Numbered from the stretch's first letter, positions 1 through 10,175 are shown. The stretch is DNA of 64,000 nucleotides from an uncultured delta proteobacterium (GCA_963695875.1 CAVOID010000008.1:160001-224000), one strand, 5' to 3'. Numbers and translations are program-made. Notes: generated by a model from the letters alone, not told the origin.

Positions 1-143
1 ATTTAAATCATGACCCGGAAGAGGAAAGACAGACGGGACCTAGATTGCAGCTATGGTTCTGAGAAAAAGGGCCATCATCTGGCATAGACCTATAAATCAA
101 AATGGCCGGATTGCGATCGGCATCCTGTCATAAGGAAGGATTG

Positions 144-599
144 ATGGAGATGAACGGATTAGTACTGTTATTATTCATTGTGCTGATGCTGGGCTGCTCT
201 GCAGGCCGGCCTGCCAATCTTGGCGTTACCCACGGCAAGCTCTTGCTGTGCCCGGATTCACCAAATTGCGTCTCTTCGCAAAGCCCAGATAAAAGGCACT
301 TCATCGATCCCTTTCTCTATGAAGGGGAACAGCTGTTGGCCAGAGACCGTCTGGTTGCAGTGATTCAGGGGATGAAACGCTCGAAGATCGTGACTGCCAG
401 TGATGATTACATCCATGCAGAATTCACTTCCGCTTTTTTCCGTTTCGTTGACGACGTCGAGTTCTACTTTGATAGTGAAGCAAAGACAATACACATGCGG
501 TCTGCTTCCCGGATCGGGTATTCAGATTTTGGGGTCAACCGGAAAAGGCTGGAGGATATAAAGTCGATGTTAAAAGGTCCGCCGATGAGAAGTGGGTAG
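144..599 (+). CDS. DUF1499 family lipoprotein
   Basis: Lipoprotein-like N-terminus (LMLGC) with the motifs CPDSPNCVSSQ, FRFVDDVEF and RSASRIGYSDFGVNRKR. Start moved to ATG 144 behind AGGAAGGA (ORF track starts at 102). Confidence 0.85.
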   Translation: MEMNGLVLLLFIVLMLGCSAGRPANLGVTHGKLLLCPDSPNCVSSQSPDKRHFIDPFLYEGEQLLARDRLVAVIQGMKRSKIVTASDDYIHAEFTSAFFRFVDDVEFYFDSEAKTIHMRSASRIGYSDFGVNRKRLEDIKSMLKGPPMRSG

Positions 600-1328
600 T
601 TTCGTATGTTCCGGAGGCAGAAAAACGCGAAATTTACCGGAATGGGCTAAGAGGACATTGTGGGGTGTGGGGATCTCTTCCTCGGTCAGTATCCCCGATG
701 AGGTGAAAATAGGAAGGTTTATATGTGAAACTTTACCAAAGCGCGGTTCAATAACGGAATGTTCTACCTCGAAACGAAGTAACTCTCCTGGTACAGTAAA
801 GAATCCGATGGTCCCTCCCGTGATGTATTCGATAACTTTTCCCTGGTTTTCGAAGTCATGAATCGATTTAGCTTCTTGAGTTTCTTCCTGCGCTTCAATG
901 CATATCTCCTCCCCCCATGTTCCCGTCACAGTGTATTTTACGTACCTGCCCTTGTCATCCTTTGATGCCTTTATATCAAATCTGATGTGTTCCCACGGTA
1001 TCTTTAGCAGATTAGTAAAAACAGCTATGAGCTTCGATGTGATACCGCTGCGAAGGAAAAAAACGCCTATTTTCCGCGTTTCTGGATCAAGAACATAGGT
1101 GCGCAAGTTAATCTGGTTATATGAGAAGTTGATTAAGGGCAGCCCGGATAACCGCACATACTTGTTGCGCAAGGCTACTACGGACACAAAGATATTCCCG
1201 TCGGATACTATTGCCGGATCAAGATTAGCAGGGATCAATGCACGTACTCTTGATTCAGGAACGAGATACGATACGTAGATGACGTCATGTATTGAGAGAT
1301 CAACTGAAAAATTCGGGATGAGTATCAT
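570..1328 (-). CDS. DUF2071/YqjF-like protein
   Basis: 252-aa ORF; pattern 'Y.VP...VRALIP..L' and 'YNQINLRTYV....GVFFL' resembles DUF2071. Confidence 0.6.
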   Translation of the reverse strand: MILIPNFSVDLSIHDVIYVSYLVPESRVRALIPANLDPAIVSDGNIFVSVVALRNKYVRLSGLPLINFSYNQINLRTYVLDPETRKIGVFFLRSGITSKLIAVFTNLLKIPWEHIRFDIKASKDDKGRYVKYTVTGTWGEEICIEAQEETQEAKSIHDFENQGKVIEYITGGTIGFFTVPGELLRFEVEHSVIEPRFGKVSHINLPIFTSSGILTEEEIPTPHNVLLAHSGKFRVFLPPEHTKLPTSHRRTF

Positions 1329-1352
1329 CGGATGTCAGACAGTTCATGACTG

Positions 1353-2367
1353 TCAATAGCCAAGGAATGATAGTAACTTCCTGATCTCCCCCATCAGCTT
1401 TTCAAATCCTTGAATCGTCAAAGATTGAGGGCCGTCCGACAGGGCCTTGTCCGGTTCGGGGTGCACCTCGACCATTATACCATTTGCACCCGCCACAAGC
1501 GCTGCCATGGACATAGGCGGGACAAGGCTTCTCTTGCCTGTGGCATGAGAAGGATCGATAATTATCGGTAAATGCGACAGTTCATTAATCAGCGGTATGA
1601 CTGAAAGGTCGAGACTGTTGCGTGTGGCTGTCTCAAAGGTGCGTATGCCGCGTTCGCAGAGGATGACTTTGTGATTTCCTTCCGCATAGATGTATTCGGC
1701 CGCTGCCAGGAATTCTTCTATGGTCGCGCTCATCCCGCGTTTCAGAAGCACAGGCTTGTGTATCCTTCCTAATTCTCTCAACAGGTCGAAATTCTGCATG
1801 TTGCGGGTACCAACCTGGAGCACATCGGCATATTCCTCGACTAGCGCATACATTTTCCGGTGTCATGACTTCCGTTACAATCGGAAGCCCCGTCTCTTTT
1901 TTAGCAAGGGATAAGAAGTTTCAGTCCCTCTTTTTCAAGTCCCTGAAACGTATGAGGTCCTGTCCGCGGTTTGAAGGCGCCGCCCCTGAGAAGATCAGCT
2001 CCCATGCGCTTCACGGCCACGGCGGTTCTGATAATCTGATCTCTCGCTTTCCACGGCGCATGGACCGGCAATGACGATGGGTCTTTTTCCTTCCCCGATT
2101 TCAACATCGGCGACTTTTATTACGGTCCCTCTGTGGATGGAAATCCCTGGATACCATCTTATAAGGTTTGGTAACGTGAATTACTTCCTTCACCCCTGGA
2201 AGGTCACGGATGTTTAAATCATCTATATACCCCTTATTGCCCAGTACACCGATAGCAGTTCTCTGGCTTCCGGGGATGGGCTTGGCCGTTAATCCCATAA
2301 TTTTCACAGCCGCAATGACAGCATCAATCTGCTTGCGGTTGGCTTTGTGATGCATTACGATAAGCAA
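1353..2367 (-). CDS. aroF: 3-deoxy-7-phosphoheptulonate (DAHP) synthase, class I-beta, split by about four +1 frameshifts
   Basis: Pieces join into one protein: N-terminal regulatory domain (KPYKMVSR), [64 protein letters not shown]. Extra bases near 2127, 2041, 1911 and 1848. Confidence 0.9.
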
Positions 2368-2656
2368 GATTTCCTCCGGTATGTTTATTGTAGTTTCTTC
2401 AACTTGTTATTATAAGTTTAAGACAGAAATGTCAAATTATCTGATCAGAAGCGAAACATATTTAAAGAGTTTATTGATTATCTTTAAAAAATAAGGACAT
2501 CATATACTGCTTTCGGTTGAAACTCTTCGGGAGAAAATTACTTCCTGTAAGGGAGCGTTTTAATTTTTTTATAGATATACTTGCTTTCAATCCGTAATAA
2601 ATACAATTCACGCCATACCATAAACATCATACTTTACTTTTTGGGGTTATTTATCA

Positions 2657-2685
2657 TTGACATACAAGACCGAGTTTCATATATT
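2657..2685 (+). promoter_or_regulatory. putative sigma-70 promoter
   Basis: TTGACA-17 bp-TATATT upstream of the 2737 ORF. Confidence 0.45.
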
Positions 2686-2736
2686 GCGACCATTAACAAT
2701 TAATATTCTTAAAAAAATCAAACAAAGGGGGCGAGG

Positions 2737-3135
2737 GTGGAAATGGGCTTCAAGGATAAGATGGAAGGTTTCGGCGTAGCTAAGACTATAGTCTGCTTGG
2801 CTATACTGACAATGATGTTTTATCTTCTTACTTCTTGCGCCTATGACATTGCAAATAGGTATTACGGAAATAAGACTTATCCAGCTAAACTAGTGAATGA
2901 AGTAGAAATACTGACGAAGTCTCCCACTCGACCTTACGATGTGATAGCGGATTTCCAATCTCGACGAGAAACTCCAGAAGATATGAGACGCAAAGCGGCA
3001 GAAATAGGCGCTGATGCTGTAATCGTCTCCACGTTAGGGGGTTATCGCGCAAAAGGAGAGGAATGGGCTGGTTCTGATTCTTACGCTAATACCTATACTC
3101 GAATTACGGGAACAGCAATTAAATATCGAGACTAA
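2737..3135 (+). CDS. small lipoprotein, YbjQ/heavy-metal-binding-like fold
   Basis: Lipobox LTSC and the motif 'RRKAAEIGADAVIV...TGTAIKY'. Confidence 0.6.
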   Translation: MEMGFKDKMEGFGVAKTIVCLAILTMMFYLLTSCAYDIANRYYGNKTYPAKLVNEVEILTKSPTRPYDVIADFQSRRETPEDMRRKAAEIGADAVIVSTLGGYRAKGEEWAGSDSYANTYTRITGTAIKYRD

Positions 3136-3154
3136 GGCATCACAGGAGGAAAGA

Positions 3155-3502
3155 ATGAGGGTAAAAACATTATTATCGGTTGCACTGGTTTTCTTGTTCA
3201 TAGTCGGCTGCGCTATGGTAGATGTGACGAAGACAGCGAAGGGATTCTACAATGCTACTAATCCCAATGAGGTGGAAATCCTACTGACTAGACCTGAAAA
3301 ATCGTTTATTGAACTCGGTACGGTTACAGTCACAGGTTATCTCAGGGACGAAACTGCCGAGATGCATAACGCCATCCGAGCCAAAGTAGCACCGCTCGGA
3401 GCAAACGCTGTTATATTAACAAGCCAAGGTATTAACCCGAACAACAGAATATGGGCAATGGGAGTGGCTATTCGTTACAAGACCGAGAATACACAGAAGT
3501 AA
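3155..3502 (+). CDS. small lipoprotein, paralog of the upstream gene
   Basis: Lipobox IVGC, 'NEVEILLTRP', 'RAKVAPLGANAVIL...GVAIRYK'; RBS AGGAGG. Confidence 0.6.
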   Translation: MRVKTLLSVALVFLFIVGCAMVDVTKTAKGFYNATNPNEVEILLTRPEKSFIELGTVTVTGYLRDETAEMHNAIRAKVAPLGANAVILTSQGINPNNRIWAMGVAIRYKTENTQK

Positions 3503-3890
3503 GAACGGGAAGATTGGACGTTCGACTTTTATTTGCCGAGTAGCTAAATGCATGACCAAAGAATGGGGAGGGATTCCTCTCTCCCCCAACCTTTATCCAT
3601 CTTTAATCAAAACCGGCAGATTGCATTACGACCAGTCAACTTAAACATTTCAATCGATAATCTTCGTTACCTACTCCATGTTGATGCTCACACTTTGTAG
3701 GTGTAACAAATACTATCCTTTTATCTCGTTCTTCTTGGAGTCGACACCCACCTATCTTGCCAGAACCTACATGATCACAGATGGGAATGGTGACATCCTG
3801 GTTCATTTTATTTCATAATTCCCTTGAACTATGATAAATTTAGGCGTATCAGTTAACCGATGTGATAAATTATTGATTGATTTATAACCC

Positions 3891-3960
3891 TACACCCAAG
3901 GAGGGTGTGATGGACTGAATATTGAACCCCGTTTCCCTAAAGAGATGGGGTTTTATATTT
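3891..3960 (+). promoter_or_regulatory. structured leader: hairpin with SD, minimal ORF and terminator-like hairpin
   Basis: TACACCC-aagga-GGGTGTG stem, ATG GAC TGA, then AACCCCGTTTC/GAGATGGGGTT stem followed by TTATATTT. Confidence 0.45.
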
Positions 3961-3978
3961 CAAGAAAAGAGAAGAATA

Positions 3979-4719
3979 ATGAAAAAATGTCCCTTTTGTG
4001 CTGAGGATATCCCAAGCAAAGCCATTAAATGTCGCTATTGTGGTAAAGGGATTGACACGAAACCCACAACCGGTGACTCGGACGAGCAACTAAAAAATCA
4101 GGACAAGTTGCGTGGTCAGGACTATAGTCAACCCCATAAAGCACCTAATGCGGAACAGCATAAGGATTACGCCATTTTTTTAGAGCTTTACCGTCTTGCC
4201 CATGGCAGACTCGGTTATTACAAGAAGGCAATGAAGGATTTTGATCGGGCCATAGAGCTGAACCCGAAAGATGCACATGCCTATTATAACCGAGGGCTTG
4301 CCTATGGTATGCTTGGCAACGACAATCAAGCAATAAAGGATTATGGCATGGCGATTGATCTAAACCCGAAATATGCAGACGCCTATTGTAACCGAGGGAC
4401 TGCCTATCATAATCTTGGCAACTACAATCAGGCAATAAAGGATTTTGACAAGGCGATAGAGATAAATCCAGAAGAAGTAGAGGCCTATTATAAACGGGGG
4501 GTTACCTATGGTATGCTTGACAACTACAATCAGGCAATAAAGGATTGTGACAAAGCGATCGATCTAAGCCCTAAAGATGCAGAGGCCTATTATAACCGAG
4601 GGCTTGCCTATGGTTGCCTCGGCAACGACAATCAGGCAACTAATGATCTGAGAATAGCGGCAAGATTAGGTAACCAAGGGGCACAGGACTTTTTAAGAAA
4701 AAAGGGGATTGAATGGTAG
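3979..4719 (+). CDS. zinc-ribbon + tetratricopeptide repeat protein
   Basis: N-terminal CPFC...CRYC followed by repeated AYYNRG..Y..LG.Y.QAIKDFDKAIE.NP units. Confidence 0.85.
   Translation: MKKCPFCAEDIPSKAIKCRYCGKGIDTKPTTGDSDEQLKNQDKLRGQDYSQPHKAPNAEQHKDYAIFLELYRLAHGRLGYYKKAMKDFDRAIELNPKDAHAYYNRGLAYGMLGNDNQAIKDYGMAIDLNPKYADAYCNRGTAYHNLGNYNQAIKDFDKAIEINPEEVEAYYKRGVTYGMLDNYNQAIKDCDKAIDLSPKDAEAYYNRGLAYGCLGNDNQATNDLRIAARLGNQGAQDFLRKKGIEW
4225..4645 (+). repeat. in-frame TPR tandem repeats, about 102-nt period
   Basis: Recurring 'gcctattataaccgagggcttgcctatggt' and 'aatcaggcaataaaggatt' units. Confidence 0.8.
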
Positions 4720-5415
4720 ATTGTTTGCCATCTTTCTGTTAGTCTCTACTGCCTCTTGTACGGGCATTCTGTTACAGCCCATGTTCACCGGAATTTGTTT
4801 TCTCTCGTAAATATCCCCTTTGCTGGTATAAATGGTAGCTTCTTCCCTCTATCTGTTTTTTCCATTTTGAACTGTTTGGCAGTAGGTGTACTCAACGTTA
4901 CCCTATTTACCGCTTCCTGAAGTCCTGTTTTTGGCATTTTCATTCAGAATGCATTAGTTCAAACGGAAATCAGCAATTTGGGCTGGAAAAATGGAGGCAA
5001 TTTGAGGAGGAAAATTCCCCATTGACGTCCTGGGAAAGAAAGGCTACTTTTTTTGGGTGATTGTTATTCCTATCGCGGCTTGATAAACCCACTACTTCTG
5101 GTGGAAGTCGTGGGAAGGAGTTTCCGGGAGGTCCCAATATGAAGGCTCCAGAGAAATTTTTATTCCTTTGGAGATTTTCCATTTCAGGGAACTTGCTGTT
5201 TTCGAATGAAGAAGCCCTGAAAGGTCTTGAATAACAAAGACGCTTTTTTGGCACTGCTGTACAACATCTTATATAACACGGCTTCTTGAAGCTCAAAAAC
5301 CTGGTTTTTTGTTTGATTTCCCCATGCCGTCTCGTAGGATGCTGTAAAAGACAGTCGCTGTATAAAATATAATGTTAGGCGTTTGTGGCACCAATCACAA
5401 AGAGGAGGTAATGCT

Positions 5416-6018
5416 ATGAAAAACCAAGAAGCTCTTCAGCACACGAACAGGCGGGCTCTTCTAAAGCTTACTGGGCTTGGCGTATTGGGAAGGTTGATCG
5501 GAAATGTGCTCTCACATCGTACTGTGTGCATGCTCGCATGCATAACAATTTTCATCACAATATGTGCACCGAAAATATCTACCGCGCAACAACAGGCAGT
5601 GACAATTGACATTCCTTTCGAATTAACCCAAGCAAAGATCGTTTACAACATTGCGCACGCGACCTTTACCGCGAGCGATTCGCCAGAGGGACTTTTCTTT
5701 CTCGGCCTTACTGCGAAGACAATCCACGACATCGGTGCAAAAGCTGATTTAAGGGCAGTTTTTTCGGCCGGAGCTGGGTATCTACTGTTGAACGACGAGA
5801 TGTACAATCGAGTCCGGCGGATCAACACGGGCAATCCTCATAAGGGCACAATCAAGGCGCTCATGGATCAAGGCGTGCAGTTCGAAATGTGCGGGGCTAC
5901 CATGAAGACTTATGGTTGGAGCAACAAGGATCTGTTAGCTGGCATCAAGGTCAATAGTGGTGCCAACACTCGTGTCACGCAGTTAGTACAGCAGGGATTC
6001 GTGCAGTTTCAATATTGA
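5416..6018 (+). CDS. DsrE family protein with N-terminal export signal
   Basis: C-terminal GVQFEMCGATMK...LLAGIKVNSGA..RVTQLVQQGF; twin-arginine-like NRRALLK; RBS AGGAGG before ATG 5416. Confidence 0.7.
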   Translation: MKNQEALQHTNRRALLKLTGLGVLGRLIGNVLSHRTVCMLACITIFITICAPKISTAQQQAVTIDIPFELTQAKIVYNIAHATFTASDSPEGLFFLGLTAKTIHDIGAKADLRAVFSAGAGYLLLNDEMYNRVRRINTGNPHKGTIKALMDQGVQFEMCGATMKTYGWSNKDLLAGIKVNSGANTRVTQLVQQGFVQFQY

Positions 6019-6529
6019 CTGGTTCTTGTCGGTGTTAGGTTGCAGCCGCAGCGAAGTCCGCTGAGTATGACTATGTGGGCGGCATCAGCGTGATTGAGCT
6101 TGGGTAGTGGTCTCACCAAGGGTCATTTGGGCCTTATTGCCCAGCCCGGGGCCCAACCGCACGCGCCGGCTCCGCATTATGCTCGCTTTCAACCGGTAAT
6201 CCTTGGCCATCAAAGCTATCTTGTGCTGCACCTTTGTAGGTGAAGCCGAGAATCCAGCCAGGACTTAATTTGCCAGATATGAGGGTGGAAATTGAGAGAG
6301 TTTAAAGAATCTTAAGCTCCTCTGAATGGGCTTAAGCGTTATAAAAGATCTATCATACAAAACAGTGGATATTTCCCCTGCTTTAAATCCCACATTCAAT
6401 TTCATTTATACATGCACCTACACCCGTTTGAGGGTAATAATCCTTCTTCTTTCTCGACAAAGAAATAAAAATGGCTTAGTATTTATAATAGATATTTCAG
6501 TAGGAAACAAACAGGAGAACAGAGGAACT

Positions 6530-7561
6530 ATGAAAATTATATTCACCAAGAATAACGGCCCCATTGACAAGCTCATCGAGCAATTGATGAAGACCGCCGA
6601 GGGCATCCGGAGGCCTGAATACGTCCGCGAAATGATCATCGCCTCACTCAAAGCAGGGCAGGAAGACGATGACAGTGCAGACCTCAAGCTGATGAACACA
6701 ACGCTCAAGGAGATGCGGTTTACTTCCAAGGTCTTCGGCCCTTACCGGAACGTGCGCAAAGTGACTGTCTTCGGCTCGGCGCGCACCCAGCCGGGTGATC
6801 CGGTGTACGAGATGGCAAAACTCTTCGGGGAAAAGCTCGCTGAGGAGGGATATATGGTCATCACCGGCGGGGGAGGAGGCATCATGCAGGCCGCCAACGA
6901 GGGAGCCGGCTCCGAGCATTCCTTCGGTGTGAACATCCGCCTGCCGTTCGAGGAAAAACCGAATCCCGTAATAGATGGCAACCCGCGCCACATAACTTAC
7001 AAATATTTTTTCAACCGCAAAGTTGCGTTCCTTAAGGAGGCCGATGCAGTGGCACTGTTCCCTGGCGGCTTCGGCACGCTCGATGAGGCAATGGAGACAC
7101 TCACCTTGGTACAAACCGGCAAACGCAATCCCATGCCGCTCGTGCTCATAGATAATCCGGAGTGTTCCTATTGGATCCACCTGATCAAGCTCCTTGAGGA
7201 AGAGCTTCTGGCTCGTAACTATATCTGCCAGTCTGACTTTGCGCTCTTCGAACGGGTTTGCTCCGTGGATGCTGCGGTGGAGAAGATTAAGCATTTCTAT
7301 CACCGCTATCACAGTATGCGGTATGTGAATGGTAATCTCGTGATCCGGCTCACGTCTCAGCTCAGCCCCGATGACATCCGAAAGCTGACAGATCAGTTTC
7401 ATGACATACTTCTGCCCGGGGGAAGTATTACGGCATCCGGGGCCTTGGAGGCTGAAATGGATGATACGGATATTGTTCATCTGCCGCGGCTTGTGATAGA
7501 CTTTAACCGCAAGGACTTCGGTAGACTCAGGAGTCTTATTGATTCGATCAATGATTTTTAA
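6530..7561 (+). CDS. LOG family (TIGR00730) Rossmann-fold protein
   Basis: VTVFGSAR, ITGGGGGIMQAANEGA, YFFNRK and PGGFGTLDE motifs. Start set at ATG 6530 behind AGAGG. Confidence 0.88.
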   Translation: MKIIFTKNNGPIDKLIEQLMKTAEGIRRPEYVREMIIASLKAGQEDDDSADLKLMNTTLKEMRFTSKVFGPYRNVRKVTVFGSARTQPGDPVYEMAKLFGEKLAEEGYMVITGGGGGIMQAANEGAGSEHSFGVNIRLPFEEKPNPVIDGNPRHITYKYFFNRKVAFLKEADAVALFPGGFGTLDEAMETLTLVQTGKRNPMPLVLIDNPECSYWIHLIKLLEEELLARNYICQSDFALFERVCSVDAAVEKIKHFYHRYHSMRYVNGNLVIRLTSQLSPDDIRKLTDQFHDILLPGGSITASGALEAEMDDTDIVHLPRLVIDFNRKDFGRLRSLIDSINDF

Positions 7562-7720
7562 GATTTGAGAAAATGGACAGGTTGAATATATTGCACTGAA
7601 AGACTATCTGCAAAGGAAAGTATGCAGATTTAATTGATGGACCTTTAGGGAGTCATGATTTCTTACTTTTCTTGTGCTTATACATCATTGGGGGGATGGA
7701 TACTGAAATGGTTTAAAAAA

Positions 7721-7760
7721 TCTTAAGCCCCTTAGCATGGCTGCATGAAGGGGCTTAAGA
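7721..7760. terminator. inverted repeat between convergent genes
   Basis: TCTTAAGCCCCTT...AAGGGGCTTAAGA, perfect 13-bp stem. Confidence 0.65.
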
Positions 7761-7811
7761 GGACAACGGATCATGAAAAGATCTCTTATGTTTTACATGA
7801 GAAGGATGATT

Positions 7812-8048
7812 TCAAAAATCCTTTCGCTTTAACCAGGCTTCCTGATAAAGCCTTCCTATACTGGTAAACAGGGCCAGAAAGAACAACCCGAGCATAAAGT
7901 TGGGAGCCGTACCCAGAACCTCATCCAGCAGGTGTCCCAGGTAGAGGAAAAGGAATGAGGCAATCACGATTACAAAGCCCCAGGAACTCAACATCAGGAT
8001 AGAGCTGTACATTCTGCGGTCTTCACGTATCTTATATCTCGTTAACAT
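7812..8048 (-). CDS. AtpZ/ATP synthase protein I-like small membrane protein
   Basis: 78 aa with two TM helices and 'G..LD..LGT.P.FML' pattern; RBS GGAGG. Confidence 0.6.
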   Translation of the reverse strand: MLTRYKIREDRRMYSSILMLSSWGFVIVIASFLFLYLGHLLDEVLGTAPNFMLGLFFLALFTSIGRLYQEAWLKRKDF

Positions 8049-8115
8049 TTCCTTAACCTCCTTTCCCTTCAGGGTAGATCACCATACCGGCATGAAAACC
8101 GGTATGATGGTATTC

Positions 8116-8391
8116 TTAGCTTACCAAGGTCTTAATGGTATTGAAAACCGGAGCCGTGAACAGGGCGATGAGAATTGTGTACATCGCGAATACGCCCATC
8201 AGCTCTCCGGTATACATCTTGGAATACTTTTGCTTCAGAGAGATGATCGTCATTCCGCCGACAATCAGACATCCGAGTTGAAAATAGGGGAATTCGCTCA
8301 CACCTGTTACTGTATACTCAGCGAAGCCGAAGGTAGCCGTCACCAGCACCACAAATATCGCCAGGACTAATGTTTTAAGTGTCTTTTTCAT
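8116..8391 (-). CDS. small membrane protein
   Basis: Signal peptide plus two hydrophobic segments; strong RBS AAAGGAGG. Confidence 0.65.
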   Translation of the reverse strand: MKKTLKTLVLAIFVVLVTATFGFAEYTVTGVSEFPYFQLGCLIVGGMTIISLKQKYSKMYTGELMGVFAMYTILIALFTAPVFNTIKTLVS

Positions 8392-8436
8392 GATCTGTTT
8401 CCTCCTTTGTACTTAATTTGTTTTGACTTATATTAA

Positions 8437-8453
8437 CGCATTATCCATGCCAA
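8437..8453 (-). promoter_or_regulatory. putative sigma-54 promoter
   Basis: Minus strand TTGGCATGGATAATGCG fits the GG-N10-GC (-24/-12) consensus, about 45 nt upstream of the 8391 start. Confidence 0.6.
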
Positions 8454-8615
8454 CCTTGAGAGTTTCGGGGATAAAATTTATAATATATGGATTATACGAA
8501 GCTATTACGAATTGACATGATTTCAGGATAGCTCTTCAAAACCCCAAAAAGTGAAGGGTATTTAAAGAAGCGTTAAATGACATTTAATAAAATGAGAAAT
8601 TGGAATACTAATCCT

Positions 8616-10157
8616 TTATCCTTTGGTTTTCCTGGTGAGGGTCAGTAAGATGCCGGTGAGGAGAATATAGGCGAGTGCAATCGTGTAATGCGCATGTGAT
8701 GCGACCGCCCAGGGCAGGTAGACCTCGCCCGTGGGGAGCACAGAATGGATGATGCCAAAGGGGGTGAGTATGGCACAGGTCAAGGTGCAAAGAGCGGCAA
8801 GCCGCGGCTTGCGGTCGATCATGAAGGCCAGCATGCTGCCCCAGAGGAGCGCGGTTATTATGAAGCCGTTGCTGAGTACGGTCAGGCTCTGATGCAAAAC
8901 CTGTAAACGTATTGGAAGCATGTCGGATGTAATGGCCATGGCACCAAGGAACTGGCCGAGAATAATGATAATAAGGTTTGCGATAACCGGCATGAAACTC
9001 AGACTCACGGCCGGGGAATGTGCTTCAGGCGCCTCTTTATAAGCTTGATGGACTATCTCGAAACCGATATAGATAAAGATAGGGGCCAGCACCGCCCGGG
9101 GGATTAGACCCACGATCACGGACAGGAGACCGATCAGGGAGCCGATACCGATCAGCAGCGCAGTTAAGAGGGTGTACCAGTAGGTGGCGCCCATCTTCTT
9201 ATACGCCGGATGGCCGATATAGGGTGTGGTCTGAGCCACACCGCCAAAGAAGGCAGCGATCAAAGATGTGAACGCCTCGGTCAGAAGGATATCACGTGTG
9301 CGATACTTATCGCCCGCGAGACGGGCGCTCTCTGTATTGTTGATCCCGCCGATTATTGTCATAATTCCGAAAGGGATGGCAATAGGCAAGTACTGGATGC
9401 TTTGCGGCAGAGTTTTAAGGAATGCAATGGAGAAAACGGGCAGACAAAGGGCCATCTCAAAGGTTGGCTCCTTGAACTCCGGTATGTATCCATTGTAACC
9501 CAGGATGAAATGGATCGCAGTGCCCAGAAGCACCGCAATCAGCACGCCTGGGATGCGACCGGGAAGCTGCATCTTACCTAGGAGGACGGCAAAGATAATC
9601 CCCATGGCCACCATGCCCACGACGACCTCATTGAATATCTCAATAAGCGGCAAAAACCCAAGCAGCAGAAGGCCAACACCGGCGATGGACCCGAGAAGCC
9701 CAGCCGTAGGTATGATGCGCTGCACCCAGCCGCCGAGAAAGGAAGTGATGACCTTGACAATGCCGATCATGAACAGAGCGGCTATACCGATGTGCCAGGT
9801 AAGCTCTGCGTCATGTGTGGCGATATAGGCGGGTCCGAGCACGGCATAGACCAGACCTATGGAAGTGGGTGTATCAAGACCCAGCGGCATGGCGGTGACG
9901 TCGCTGCGGCCCGTTTTCTTTCGCAGTCGGATAGCCAGATAAGTATATACAAGATCGCCGAAGAATACCCCGATGGCAGTGCCCGGGATCATACGCGTCA
10001 GTATAATATCCGCTGGATAGTTGAAGGTGAACATGAGGATGGAGCTAAAAAATATAAGCACCCCGAGGTTATCGAGAAAGAGGGCCAGAAAGGCGGTTGT
10101 TTCCCCCCAGAACCTGTCCTGATTGAACGTGGTACGTTCCTTAATCATATAATCCAT
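8616..10157 (-). CDS. NCS2/AzgA-like nucleobase permease
   Basis: Polytopic; motifs TAMPLGLDTP, NNTESARLAGD and TTPYIGHPAYKKMGA. Confidence 0.75.
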   Translation of the reverse strand: MDYMIKERTTFNQDRFWGETTAFLALFLDNLGVLIFFSSILMFTFNYPADIILTRMIPGTAIGVFFGDLVYTYLAIRLRKKTGRSDVTAMPLGLDTPTSIGLVYAVLGPAYIATHDAELTWHIGIAALFMIGIVKVITSFLGGWVQRIIPTAGLLGSIAGVGLLLLGFLPLIEIFNEVVVGMVAMGIIFAVLLGKMQLPGRIPGVLIAVLLGTAIHFILGYNGYIPEFKEPTFEMALCLPVFSIAFLKTLPQSIQYLPIAIPFGIMTIIGGINNTESARLAGDKYRTRDILLTEAFTSLIAAFFGGVAQTTPYIGHPAYKKMGATYWYTLLTALLIGIGSLIGLLSVIVGLIPRAVLAPIFIYIGFEIVHQAYKEAPEAHSPAVSLSFMPVIANLIIIILGQFLGAMAITSDMLPIRLQVLHQSLTVLSNGFIITALLWGSMLAFMIDRKPRLAALCTLTCAILTPFGIIHSVLPTGEVYLPWAVASHAHYTIALAYILLTGILLTLTRKTKG

Positions 10158-10175
10158 GCCCCAAAGAATCGTGAA

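Noticed and set aside
4225..4645. CRISPR-like repeats
   Set aside because: The period is about 102 nt, in frame, and encodes TPR units; there are no unique spacers or cas genes.
4740..5300. Possible transposase or integrase remnant, including the 108-aa minus ORF
   Set aside because: No recognisable motifs in the frames I translated.
5361..6200. Integron cassette around the DsrE gene (GTTAGGC at 5374, GCCCAAC at 6151)
   Set aside because: No closing GTTRRRY or full attC palindrome after 6151 and no integrase in the adjacent sequence; the 7-mers can occur by chance.
6644..7480. Long antisense ORFs such as 6644-7480, 11293-11928, 36448-37176 and 63420-63893
   Set aside because: They lie opposite well-supported genes and lack motifs; they are shadow ORFs.
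6310..7760. Similar CTTAAGC...GGGCTTAAG hairpins flanking the LOG gene as mobile-element ends
   Set aside because: Similarity is limited to a short palindromic core; there is no transposase or target duplication.
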